From IMG/VR virus record IMGVR_UViG_3300005337_000441, positions 151,769 through 215,768 of that record: 64,000 nt of DNA. The stretch is one strand, 5' to 3'. Shown here piece after piece: positions 18,395 through 27,768 of this stretch (position 1 is its first letter; each line of letters opens with the position of its first letter). The position numbers and the translations under genes are program-made. The notes beneath the pieces were generated by a model. It saw only the letters and a list, made by a program, of their open reading frames with translations. It searched no databases and was not told the DNA's origin.

Positions 18395-20320
18395 ATGACC
18401 ACGCTTCAAGTCAAAAGGGTCAACGCCGTACCCAACTCGCCCTACGATCCTTCGACGATCTATATCGTCAAGGCGGCGAACACACAGCTGGTGGAGTTGT
18501 ATTTCACCAACGAAGGCGGCAGCACTCTGCGCCGTGTGTTGACCGAGGGTGATGTTGCTGCGCTCCTGTCGGCCGCCAGTGTGGCGTCTGCAGCCAAGCT
18601 CACCACGGCACGAACCATCAACGGTGTCTCTTTCGACGGCACCGCCAATATCACCATCAACGCGGTGGACTCTACGGCACGCATCGCCGTGAGTGAAAAG
18701 GGAATCCCCAACGGTGTTGCCACGCTTGACGGCAACAGCCAGGTGCCCCTCGCACAGATCAATACCCGTTTCGACAACATCGTCGAGGCGGCCAACCTCG
18801 CTTCTTTCCCGGTGTCGGGTTCGACCCTGAAGGTCTACGTCGCACTCAACACCAACCTGCTGTACCGCTGGGATGCTGGCACGACTGCCTACGTCGCCAT
18901 CGGTGGCGGCACGCTGCCTGACATCATCACGGCTGGTGAATACCCGGTCGCCACGGTCAACTCCAAGGGTCTGGTGACCTCGGGTCGCAACCTGGTGGCG
19001 TCTGACATCCCGAACATCCCGGGCAGCAAGATCAACAGCGCCATCAGCGTGGACACGAGCGGCAATGCTGCAACAGCCACCAATGCGACCAAACTCGCCA
19101 CCGCACGCACCATCAACGGTGTGGCGTTCGATGGCACGGCCAACATCACGATCAACGCCGTCGACTCGACTGCCCGCATCGCTTCGAGCGAGAAGGGTGT
19201 GGCCAACGGCGTCGCGACGCTGGACGCTACCGGCAAGGTCCCTGCAAGCCAACTGCCTTCCTACGTCGATGACGTGAAGGAGTACGCCAACTTCGCTGCA
19301 CTGCCGGGCACGGGTGAGACGGACAAGATCTACGTCACCCTCGACGACAACCGCACCTATCGCTGGGGTGGTTCGGCCTACGTTCGCGTCGGCGCCGATG
19401 CAGCAACTGCTGACACGGCTCTGAAGCTGACCAATGCCCGCACCATTGGTTTGTCGGGTGACGGCACCTGGAGCGTGAGCTTTGACGGCTCCGCCAACGC
19501 GAGTGCTGCTCTGGTCCTGGCCAACGTCAACGCGTCGCCTCAAGCGGACACCTTCCGTCGCTGGACGGTGAACGCCAAGGGTCTGGTCACGGCCAGCTCC
19601 GCAGTGGGTTCGGCTGACATCACCGGCGCACTGGGCTACTCGCCTGTGGATCGCGCTGGCGACACGATGACCGGTGACCTCACGGTCAACAAGGCCAGTG
19701 CCGCTGTCAAGCTCAACACCACGGCAGGCACGTTCGGTGCTGTCTCCTACTCCACCGCAGGCAATCTGCGCTGGGTCGTGGGCAAGGACGCCACAGCCGA
19801 AGGCGGCTCCAACGCTGGTTCGGACTACCGCATCAACCGCTACAACGATGCTGGCGCGCTGCAGGACACTCCGGTGTTCATCAACCGCGCTTCGGGCTTC
19901 GTCGGCATCGGTCTGGGCTCGGCCACGGAACGTCTGACGGTGGGTGACCCCGCCAACGGTGTGGACGTGACGGTCGGCGTTCGTGCCAAGACAGCTGGCG
20001 GTGCCAGCACTCGTGCGCTCATCACGCAGGGTTCGGCCACCGGTTCGTTCAAGATCAAGGTCGACGCAGACGGCAACGGCAGCGAAGGTGCTTTCATCCT
20101 GGAAAACTCCACGGGTGAAATCCTGCGCACGCTGGCCACGCGTCAGGTCGTCATCGGCACCGCCGCTGCAACCGATGGCGCCAAGGTCACGGTCAACGGC
20201 ACGGTCTCGGTCGCTACCGCAACGGCTTCCACTCACGCGCCCAACCTGGCCCAAGTCCGGGCCATGATGGACGAAATCCTTCATCCTTTCCTGTTCATGG
20301 GGGTCACGAATGCCCAATAG
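18395..20320 (+). CDS. Tail fibre protein
   Basis: Duplicated fibre module; ALGYSPVDRAGDTMTGDL and GGSNAGSDYRINRYND fibre motifs. Confidence 0.8.
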   Translation: MTTLQVKRVNAVPNSPYDPSTIYIVKAANTQLVELYFTNEGGSTLRRVLTEGDVAALLSAASVASAAKLTTARTINGVSFDGTANITINAVDSTARIAVSEKGIPNGVATLDGNSQVPLAQINTRFDNIVEAANLASFPVSGSTLKVYVALNTNLLYRWDAGTTAYVAIGGGTLPDIITAGEYPVATVNSKGLVTSGRNLVASDIPNIPGSKINSAISVDTSGNAATATNATKLATARTINGVAFDGTANITINAVDSTARIASSEKGVANGVATLDATGKVPASQLPSYVDDVKEYANFAALPGTGETDKIYVTLDDNRTYRWGGSAYVRVGADAATADTALKLTNARTIGLSGDGTWSVSFDGSANASAALVLANVNASPQADTFRRWTVNAKGLVTASSAVGSADITGALGYSPVDRAGDTMTGDLTVNKASAAVKLNTTAGTFGAVSYSTAGNLRWVVGKDATAEGGSNAGSDYRINRYNDAGALQDTPVFINRASGFVGIGLGSATERLTVGDPANGVDVTVGVRAKTAGGASTRALITQGSATGSFKIKVDADGNGSEGAFILENSTGEILRTLATRQVVIGTAAATDGAKVTVNGTVSVATATASTHAPNLAQVRAMMDEILHPFLFMGVTNAQ

Positions 20321-20660
20321 TTACGTCATTGCTGGGCAGGCGGCCCCCGCAGCGAACACCGATGCAACGTTGTACACGGTGGGTGCCGGCAAGTCCTTCG
20401 CGGCTTCCTCACTCGCCGTGGTCAACCGCGACAAGACGGTGGGTGCGGATGCCGCCGAGTTCCGCATCGCGATCGTCCCGAGTGGCGATACGCTCGCTGC
20501 GAAACACTACATCGAGTTCGACAAGTTCCTGGACTTGCGAGAAAGCATCAAGCTCATCATGGGCATGACGCTTCCTGCGGGCTGCTCGGTCATCGTTCGC
20601 AGCTCGACAGCCAACCTGTCGTTCACGCTCTTCGGCGCTGAAATCACGCCGTCGTCTTGA
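20310..20660 (+). CDS. Small fibre-associated beta-rich protein
   Basis: PAANTDATLYTV...YIEFD...NLSFTLFGAEI. Confidence 0.55.
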   Translation: MPNSYVIAGQAAPAANTDATLYTVGAGKSFAASSLAVVNRDKTVGADAAEFRIAIVPSGDTLAAKHYIEFDKFLDLRESIKLIMGMTLPAGCSVIVRSSTANLSFTLFGAEITPSS

Positions 20661-20683
20661 TCCTTGTAGAAAGGAGATAGATC

Positions 20684-21304
20684 ATGGCAAAAATCAGTGC
20701 ATATCCTCTTCGCCCCAATCTGACGGGGACGGAGGAAGTAGCTGTCGCCCTCAACGGGCAGAACTTCAAGTTCCAGCTCAGCCAACTCAAGACCCTGTTC
20801 ACGAAAGCGGACGTGGGTCTGGGCAACGTCGACAACACCGCCGACGCCGACAAGCCGGTCAGTGGCCCTCAAGCCCTGGCTCTTGCGGACAAGGCGGACA
20901 AGGTCCACGGGCACAAAATCGCAGACGTCGAGTTCTTGGGCGATGCCCTGAACAGCAAGTCCGATGTCGGTCACACGCACAGCAGTGCGGAGGTCGATGG
21001 TCTGGACCTGGCGCTCGCTGGCAAGTCCAATGTGGGTCACAACCACAACAGCGCTGACATCGCGGGCTTGGATCAAGCTCTTGCTGGCAAGGCTGATTCG
21101 GTCCATACGCACTCGCAAACCCAGATCGATGGTCTCACGGACACTCTGACGGGTCTGCAAACGCAGCTCACTCAGAAAGCCGGCGTGATTCACGTGCATA
21201 GCACCGGTGACATCAACGGTCTGCAAGCTTTCGTCGAACAAGTCGTGACTGACATGGGCGGCGCAGGTGGCGGTGACGTCGCAGTGGGCGCTCTGGACTG
21301 GTGA
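20684..21304 (+). CDS. His-repeat fibre protein
   Basis: TKADVGLGNVDNTADADKPVS then five K-x-x-x-x-HxH repeats. Confidence 0.7.
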   Translation: MAKISAYPLRPNLTGTEEVAVALNGQNFKFQLSQLKTLFTKADVGLGNVDNTADADKPVSGPQALALADKADKVHGHKIADVEFLGDALNSKSDVGHTHSSAEVDGLDLALAGKSNVGHNHNSADIAGLDQALAGKADSVHTHSQTQIDGLTDTLTGLQTQLTQKAGVIHVHSTGDINGLQAFVEQVVTDMGGAGGGDVAVGALDW

Positions 21305-21331
21305 GGTCTTCTCCTCGCGACACAGCAACAT

Positions 21332-21367
21332 GGCCAGACTGACCCCCGCAAGAGGGTCAGTCTGGCC
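21332..21367 (+). terminator. Hairpin, probable terminator
   Basis: ggccagactgaccc / gggtcagtctggcc 14-bp stem. Confidence 0.65.
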
Positions 21368-21433
21368 TATTACCGACGGGTAGGCTTTCATCTAATCAAA
21401 TGATGAAACATATTCTTTTCCAGGAGAAGACTG

Positions 21434-21766
21434 ATGGGAATCGTTAACGGCAGCTCTACGCTTGCCTCTACCAACACGACGTTGATCCAAACGGTCTCGC
21501 TCGCCTGCTATTGGGCGGAGATCGACGTCGAAGTGCTGAACCCCAATGGCACCGATGCCACGGTGGAAATCGCACTGTCCCCGAACAGCGCCTCGTCCCC
21601 CAATCCCGATGACTACATCGAGAAAGGTGGCGTCTGTGCGGCCAACGGTGGCAAGATCGAACACACCAACAAGAAGGTCATTCCGGGCACCAAGGTGTTC
21701 GTGAAGGGTCCTGTCGGCATGGTCGTTCAGATCCGCGGCAAGACGGTCACGAAGCTGAACAGCTAA
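21434..21766 (+). CDS. Small virion protein, possible paralog of 20310-20660
   Basis: 110 aa, beta-rich, DDYIEKG; AGGAG SD. Confidence 0.5.
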   Translation: MGIVNGSSTLASTNTTLIQTVSLACYWAEIDVEVLNPNGTDATVEIALSPNSASSPNPDDYIEKGGVCAANGGKIEHTNKKVIPGTKVFVKGPVGMVVQIRGKTVTKLNS

Positions 21767-21778
21767 AGGATCCACACG

Positions 21779-22765
21779 ATGCCCGCGCCGCTCATCCGCT
21801 ATGCGCTGGATCCAACAGGTGTGAATCCCGACAACGCGGTCTCTGGTGAGATCAAGACGTTGTCGATGGGCAACCAGGTGCGCGCCGCTGCGCCCACCTA
21901 TGGTCCCTTCTTCGCGGAATCGATGGTGATCTATGATCACGCGGTCAACCGACTCCTGGTGAAGGACGTCGATTACGCACTGTTGGATCTGGTCGAAGAG
22001 CCTTCGCGGCTCTACGCCAAAGAAATCATGCAGACCATTCTGGTGATCAACACGAATGTGTCGAACCAGATTCGCCTGAGCTATCAGGTCCTGGGTGGTC
22101 TGTACCAGAACAATTCCGAAGGTCTCATCGAGATGTACGACACCATCATGAATGATGGTCGTCCTGTCGATTGGACCAACGTGATCAACACCCCGTCGGA
22201 GTACCCTCCGCAGCCTCACCTGCATGAAGTGCAGGACATCGCAGGCTGGGGTCCGGTCGTGGTGGCACTGGAGCGGATCCGTGCGGCAATCGTGCTGTCG
22301 AACATCCCGGCTTTCGAGTCGCTGATCGACTGGGTGAAGGCGTATGCCAGTCCTTCTGTCATCTTCGACCCCACGGTCGTGCAGATGAACGCGGGACAGT
22401 CGCAGACGTTCAACATCACGACGAGCAACCGTGACAATGGCACGGAGCTCTTCTGGACGATCCAGCATCACGGCACTTCGGACCTCAACTTCGAACAGGT
22501 GTCGGGCAGCTTCGTGCTGTTCCAAAACCGCAGCAGCTTCACGATCAACCTGTCGGATCTGCCTCCGAACACGAATCGGACGTTTGACGTCTTGATCCGT
22601 GCGGACAGCGTGACCGGTGGTGTGCTCACCAAGATCGAAGGCATCATCTACATCGGCAACACGTTCTCTCCGGCGAACATGTTCGACTTGCTGACGGCCT
22701 GCTGCCTGTACGAGGACGGCATGCCGCCCACGGTCGAGAGCATGTACGTCATTGGCAAAGGGTAA
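21779..22765 (+). CDS. Baseplate/fibre attachment protein (phiKZ gp130/131-like) with C-terminal Ig-like domain
   Basis: YALDPTGVNPDN...APTYGPFF...YQVLGG...WTNVINTPSEYPPQPHLH. Confidence 0.65.
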   Translation: MPAPLIRYALDPTGVNPDNAVSGEIKTLSMGNQVRAAAPTYGPFFAESMVIYDHAVNRLLVKDVDYALLDLVEEPSRLYAKEIMQTILVINTNVSNQIRLSYQVLGGLYQNNSEGLIEMYDTIMNDGRPVDWTNVINTPSEYPPQPHLHEVQDIAGWGPVVVALERIRAAIVLSNIPAFESLIDWVKAYASPSVIFDPTVVQMNAGQSQTFNITTSNRDNGTELFWTIQHHGTSDLNFEQVSGSFVLFQNRSSFTINLSDLPPNTNRTFDVLIRADSVTGGVLTKIEGIIYIGNTFSPANMFDLLTACCLYEDGMPPTVESMYVIGKG

Positions 22766-22768
22766 TCC

Positions 22769-24583
22769 ATGCGCATCAATTCCTCTCCAAGCGCTGGTTC
22801 GACCATCGTGGACAAGCTCAAGATCTACGAGGGTGGCACGGGCGCGGCAGATGCTGCGGCGGCTCGAACCGCGTTTGGCCTTGTGGCTTCGGCAGACTCC
22901 AACCAGGCCAACGGTCACGCCGGCCTGGACGGTAACGGTCTGCTGAGTGCCTCGGTGATCCCCGATGACGGGGCTGCGCCGATCAGCCTGCAAGGTCCCA
23001 CGTCGGCGATCGTCAACCGGACGATCTCCTTCACGATCACCAACTACGACATCTTCACGGCTTACAGCATCAGCGCCACGCTGGGCACGGTCGTGCAAGA
23101 CAAGTCCACGCTGTACTACACCGCAGGCGCCACGCCGGGTGCAGGCACGATCGTCATCAATGGTCGCACGGTGAACGTGACGGTGCAGGGTGTTCAGCCT
23201 GTGGCGCCCACGTTGTCTGGCAACGACAATGGTGGTACGTCCACCAACGTCGTGGTCAACGGCATGACGTCGGCGTTCGCGATGAATACGACGAGTGCCA
23301 ACACGCACCTGAACAGTGACTGGCAACTCGCCTCGGACATCAACTTCACGACCATCGTTCAGCAATCGCTGGCCGATGCAACGAACAAGCTGGGCTGGAC
23401 GGCTGGCAGTCTTGCGACTTCCACGACGTACTACCTGCGTGCCCGTCACCGTGACAACACTGGCGCTGTCAGCGACTGGTCCAACACGGTGACCGTGACC
23501 ACCAAGGCAACCTTCTACATCCAGACGGAAGAAGCACGTCTGGTTCCGGCCAATCCGAGCGGCAGCGTGACCCAATACGGTTTCACGGTGGCCATCGACG
23601 GTACGGGCCAACGTGTGGCTGTCAGTCACATGAACGGCGCTCAGACGAGCTGCGTGGTCTATGTCTTCGTTCGCAGCGGTTCGACCTGGACGCTGGAGCA
23701 AACGCTCACCGACGCACAGAACAACTTCGGTCAAAAGGGCATCTCGATGACCTCGGCCGGTGACAAGCTGTTGGCTGCCGGTACGTCGCAGTGCTACCTC
23801 TATACGCGTTCGGGTTCCACCTGGACGAAACAAGGGGCAATCTCCCAGTGGACGGGTTACTACTTCGACACCTGCTGCATCTCGCCGGATGGCACGCGCG
23901 CGGCGATCACCGCACACGTGGACGTGTCGCCGTTCGACGGCTCGACACGAACCTATACGGTGGGTGCGACGTCGCTGACCTTCGAAGCGACGCTGACCAA
24001 TCCGCAAAACACGACCAACAGCTGGTACGGTATCGAGCTCTCGATGAGCACGGACGCCACGTACCTGTTGAGCAAGGTGGGTAACAGCGCTTCCGGAGGC
24101 ACGGTGGGCGCAAACGTCTTCCTGCGCACCGGCACGTCCTGGGCACATCAGCAGTACCTGGACTTCGGCCAGGCTAGTGACTCGGGTTCGGGCTCCGCAG
24201 CACTGAACGGCACGGGCGACCGTGCGGTGGTTGTGGTGAAGTCGGGTGCCAGCACTTACGCTGTCGTGGTGTGGAAACGCACCAACACCACCTGGGCGCA
24301 AGAACAAACGCTCATCAGCAACGCATCTGTCGGTACGTCGAAAGTGCGGATCAATTCCGCGGGCGATGAGATCGCACACGCCACTGCCAACGGTGCTGCC
24401 ATCTACACCCGAGCCAACACGACTTGGACACTCAGGACCACGTTGACCTACAGCGTCACTGCTGACAAGGCGATCACGGCTCTGGCACTGTCCGCTGACG
24501 GTACCCGTCTGATCAACTCGAACTACACGGCCACTGTCAACGCTGTCTCTTCGGCGGGTGTTGCCTACATCCACACTTCCTGA
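22769..24583 (+). CDS. Tail fibre / receptor-binding protein with Ig/FN3-like domain and beta-propeller
   Basis: YYLRARHRD...SDWS; repeated Y-x-R-S/T-G-S/T-T-W blades. Confidence 0.7.
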   Translation: MRINSSPSAGSTIVDKLKIYEGGTGAADAAAARTAFGLVASADSNQANGHAGLDGNGLLSASVIPDDGAAPISLQGPTSAIVNRTISFTITNYDIFTAYSISATLGTVVQDKSTLYYTAGATPGAGTIVINGRTVNVTVQGVQPVAPTLSGNDNGGTSTNVVVNGMTSAFAMNTTSANTHLNSDWQLASDINFTTIVQQSLADATNKLGWTAGSLATSTTYYLRARHRDNTGAVSDWSNTVTVTTKATFYIQTEEARLVPANPSGSVTQYGFTVAIDGTGQRVAVSHMNGAQTSCVVYVFVRSGSTWTLEQTLTDAQNNFGQKGISMTSAGDKLLAAGTSQCYLYTRSGSTWTKQGAISQWTGYYFDTCCISPDGTRAAITAHVDVSPFDGSTRTYTVGATSLTFEATLTNPQNTTNSWYGIELSMSTDATYLLSKVGNSASGGTVGANVFLRTGTSWAHQQYLDFGQASDSGSGSAALNGTGDRAVVVVKSGASTYAVVVWKRTNTTWAQEQTLISNASVGTSKVRINSAGDEIAHATANGAAIYTRANTTWTLRTTLTYSVTADKAITALALSADGTRLINSNYTATVNAVSSAGVAYIHTS

Positions 24584-24612
24584 TCACTTTTCCCCTCACA
24601 AGGAATTTTCCC

Positions 24613-25230
24613 ATGTCCGATGCAAACGACAAGATCTACGCCCGCGTTGTCGACGACGAAGTCGCCGAGTACCCGGTGCTGCCCCTGCACATCACCAACC
24701 GCGGCCATCCCCTGGACTGGTATGTCGAGGTGACCTTCGACAAGAAGCCCGACGTGCCCGAGTTCCACTGGCTCCAGGAAACCCTGACGGTCTCTCGCAG
24801 CCTGTCCACCGGTCAACTGCGCGTGCGCGCCAGCTACACGGTCGTGCCCGAGACGCTGGCCGCTCTGCTCAACACCCTGCGCCTGCCGGGTGAGACGCCG
24901 GGCACGCTCAGCGACACGCCCATGTCCATCGCCGACGTGCCGCCGGCCAAGGTCCAGCGCATCGCGCATCTCGCCACGTACTACGCGGACGAGAAGCTCC
25001 ACGCCTGGGTGCAGACCCGCAACTACGACAGCATCACGTCGGCCGCCTCCTATCGCGGCTCGTCGGTGGGCAACTTCAACGCCGAAGGCACCCGTGCTTT
25101 CGAAGTGCGTGACCAGACCTGGCAAGCGCTGTACGACTATCTGGGCAAGGTCATGACCGCGCAGCTGCCGGTGCCGATCCGCCTGGAAGACATCGACGCG
25201 ATCCTGCCGCCGATGACCTGGGCGTCCTGA
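24613..25230 (+). CDS. Tail fibre assembly/chaperone-like protein
   Basis: VQTRNYDSITSAASY...EG...RDQTW...LPPMTW; lies between two fibre genes. Confidence 0.6.
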   Translation: MSDANDKIYARVVDDEVAEYPVLPLHITNRGHPLDWYVEVTFDKKPDVPEFHWLQETLTVSRSLSTGQLRVRASYTVVPETLAALLNTLRLPGETPGTLSDTPMSIADVPPAKVQRIAHLATYYADEKLHAWVQTRNYDSITSAASYRGSSVGNFNAEGTRAFEVRDQTWQALYDYLGKVMTAQLPVPIRLEDIDAILPPMTWAS

Positions 25231-25245
25231 CCCACACCTCAACGT

Positions 25246-25279
25246 GCCCAGGACTCTGAGAAGAGTCCTGGGTGCTTTG
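25246..25279 (+). terminator. Hairpin, probable terminator
   Basis: gcccaggactc-tgagaa-gagtcctgggtgc. Confidence 0.6.
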
Positions 25280-25308
25280 TCTGATACCTCGTTTTCCGGA
25301 GTTCCTAC

Positions 25309-27291
25309 ATGCCACGTACGAACAGTTCTCCGAGCGCGGGCAGCACTGTGGTCGACAAGCTCAAGTCCTACGAAGGTGGGACGGGCCAGACGACCGCGAG
25401 CGCAGCTCTTGCCGCTCTTGGAGGTGTGCCTGCCTCCAGCATCAACCAAGCCAACGGTGTGGCCGGTCTCGATGCGAACCAAAAGCTCTCGGCAGCCGTG
25501 CTGCCCGCAGACAACATCAGTGTCGTGAGCGCACAAGGCCCGACGACTCTGGTCAAGGGTTTCGTGGGTTATTACACCATCACGAACTACGACGCGTTCG
25601 CCAACTATTCGCTCACGGCCATCTCTGGCACCGTGTCGCGTGCAGGTGCGCTGATCACGTACACGGCGCCGAGCTCTCCTGGTGCGGGTGGCTTCACCCT
25701 TGCTGGTCGCGCTTTCAACGTCACGGTCACGGACTTCGCGCCTGTGACGCCGACGCTGGCCGCCACGGACACCGGCAACGGTGCAGGTACGGCGATGATC
25801 CGTGCTCAGGGTAACGCCTTCTCGATGCAAGGCAACTCGGACACGCACCTGAACACCGACTGGCAAGTGGCCAGCGACGCCAACTTCAGCAGCATCGTGC
25901 TGCAATCGCTGGCGGATGCGTCCAACAAGACGGCCTGGAACGCTACGCCGGTGAACCTGTCGACGACGTACTACGTGCGTTGCCGTTATCGTTCGAGTGG
26001 CAACTTCGTCAGCCAGTGGTCCAACACCGTCACGGTCACGACCAAGGCTGCGTACAACATCAACACCGAGATCTCGGCGTTCTCCAGCCCCAGTCCCGTG
26101 GCACAAGAGCAGTTCGGTGTCGGTTGTTCGCTGTCTGGCGACGGCAACCGTCTGGCGGTCGGTTCGATGGACGGCAACAATAACATCGGTGCGGTCTACG
26201 TCTACGTGCGCAATGGCTCGACCTGGTCACTGGAACAAAAGATCTCCAGTCCCTACAGCCCTGCAAGCAACTGGTTCGGTTTCTCCACGGCGCTGGATGA
26301 CACCGGCACCCGCATGATGGTGGGTGTGCCGTATGGCAAGGTCAATTCGGGCGGCTACAACACAGGCGGCAACGTTCTCGTGTACCTGCGTACCGGTAGC
26401 ACCTGGGCGCTGGAAGCCACGCTGCAGGTGACCAACTTTGGCGGTCTGGAGACTTTCAACCAGGCCCTGGGTTGGTGTGTGGCGTGCGATTCCGACGCCA
26501 CGCGAATCATCGCTGGCTCTCCGCTCGCCTATATCGACAGTTCGAACTCTGTCGGAGGATTCTATATCTTCAAACGCACGGGTACCAGCTGGGCCGTGGA
26601 GAAGCAAAAGTTCTCCGACACCGCCCAGGCTAATTCTCAATTCGGCAACGCAGTGACCATCAGTCCCGATGGTTCTCGGGTTGCGGTGGGATGTCCTCGC
26701 TACGGCACGGACCATGGTTCGGTGTGTATCTACGTGCGCTCCGGAACCAGCTGGGCTCAGGAAGGCAGTACCATCATCGGGAGCACTGCCAACACCGCCA
26801 TCGGTACGTCGGTGAGGATCGACTCCACGGGCACGCGCCTGATCATCGGTGGTCCGTACTACCCCACCGGAAGCGCTGGCGGTGTGGCATACATCTACCT
26901 GCGCACCGGCAGCGCCTGGGCGCTGGAAGCCACGCTGACTTACAACCCCTCTGGAACGGGTGCCCTGTTTGGCAAACGGGTGCACATCAACGCCGCTGGC
27001 AACAAAGCCTACATCGTCAGCGAGAACGTCGTGAACGCGCGAGTGAGCGGTACCATTTCGGTGTACACCCGCTCTGGCACCACGTGGAGTTTTAGCTACA
27101 AGTTCACGCCCGCCTCCCCGGCCGGCAACGACATCATCTCCAACTTTGGCGGTATTGCCAACTCCAACGGCACGGATGCTTTTTCCGTCAACAAAGATGA
27201 AAACACCCTCGCCATTGGCAGCTATGCTTCCACTGCGGGCAACAACACCATCGCCAACTGCGGCAAGGTCAACGTCTTCGTGGCGACCTGA
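25309..27291 (+). CDS. Tail fibre / receptor-binding protein paralog with FG-GAP-like propeller
   Basis: N-terminus NSSPSAGSTVVDKLKSYEGGTG matches the 22769 protein; FG...G-x-V-Y-V-Y-x-R-x-G-S-T-W repeats. Confidence 0.75.
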   Translation: MPRTNSSPSAGSTVVDKLKSYEGGTGQTTASAALAALGGVPASSINQANGVAGLDANQKLSAAVLPADNISVVSAQGPTTLVKGFVGYYTITNYDAFANYSLTAISGTVSRAGALITYTAPSSPGAGGFTLAGRAFNVTVTDFAPVTPTLAATDTGNGAGTAMIRAQGNAFSMQGNSDTHLNTDWQVASDANFSSIVLQSLADASNKTAWNATPVNLSTTYYVRCRYRSSGNFVSQWSNTVTVTTKAAYNINTEISAFSSPSPVAQEQFGVGCSLSGDGNRLAVGSMDGNNNIGAVYVYVRNGSTWSLEQKISSPYSPASNWFGFSTALDDTGTRMMVGVPYGKVNSGGYNTGGNVLVYLRTGSTWALEATLQVTNFGGLETFNQALGWCVACDSDATRIIAGSPLAYIDSSNSVGGFYIFKRTGTSWAVEKQKFSDTAQANSQFGNAVTISPDGSRVAVGCPRYGTDHGSVCIYVRSGTSWAQEGSTIIGSTANTAIGTSVRIDSTGTRLIIGGPYYPTGSAGGVAYIYLRTGSAWALEATLTYNPSGTGALFGKRVHINAAGNKAYIVSENVVNARVSGTISVYTRSGTTWSFSYKFTPASPAGNDIISNFGGIANSNGTDAFSVNKDENTLAIGSYASTAGNNTIANCGKVNVFVAT

Positions 27292-27323
27292 TCTGACACC
27301 ATCCAGACAACAAGGAACTCAAC

Positions 27324-27725
27324 ATGGATGAAACTCAAAATCAACCTTCGGGTCAACCTCCCGCCCACAAGAAGCGCCGCTGGCGTGAGAAGGGCAAGCT
27401 GAAGCCGCGCTTTCGCTTCACCTTCATCTGGATCATCGGTCTCATCGTCCTGCTGGGTTCCCTGGCCACGGACCCTGACACCGGCCTGATCCGCTCGCTG
27501 CCGTTCGGCGCTGGCACGGTCGCGACCTTCGTGATCATGACCCGTGCCATCTGGTACATCTCGCTGCTGCACTTCGCCCGCAAGGGTCTCATGGACTACT
27601 TCGATCTCGAAGAAGCCTGGGAGATCTGCAAGAACGATCCGAAGGCTGCGGGCCTGTACAGCATCGGTGCGGGCCTGTACACGATCGGCATGGCGATTGC
27701 CATCTGGGCGGCGGTGACGCACTAG
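27324..27725 (+). CDS. Holin-like membrane protein
   Basis: Basic N-terminus and three hydrophobic segments; directly upstream of a lysin. Confidence 0.5.
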   Translation: MDETQNQPSGQPPAHKKRRWREKGKLKPRFRFTFIWIIGLIVLLGSLATDPDTGLIRSLPFGAGTVATFVIMTRAIWYISLLHFARKGLMDYFDLEEAWEICKNDPKAAGLYSIGAGLYTIGMAIAIWAAVTH

Positions 27726-27768
27726 CGTGACGAGGAGGGGAGAGTGGTGGCTCTCCCCTTCATCCATC

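Noticed and set aside
21392-24574. Very long antisense ORFs (1060 aa here; also 55140-57695, 39207-41357, 18380-20317, 16626-18383 and others)
   Set aside because: They mirror strongly codon-biased + strand genes, which suppresses stops on the opposite strand; they lack recognisable motifs and have implausible composition.
17241-27291. Possible diversity-generating retroelement or invertible tail-fibre switch
   Set aside because: No reverse transcriptase or invertase in the window; all fibre genes are co-oriented; repeat differences are mostly synonymous and not adenine-specific.
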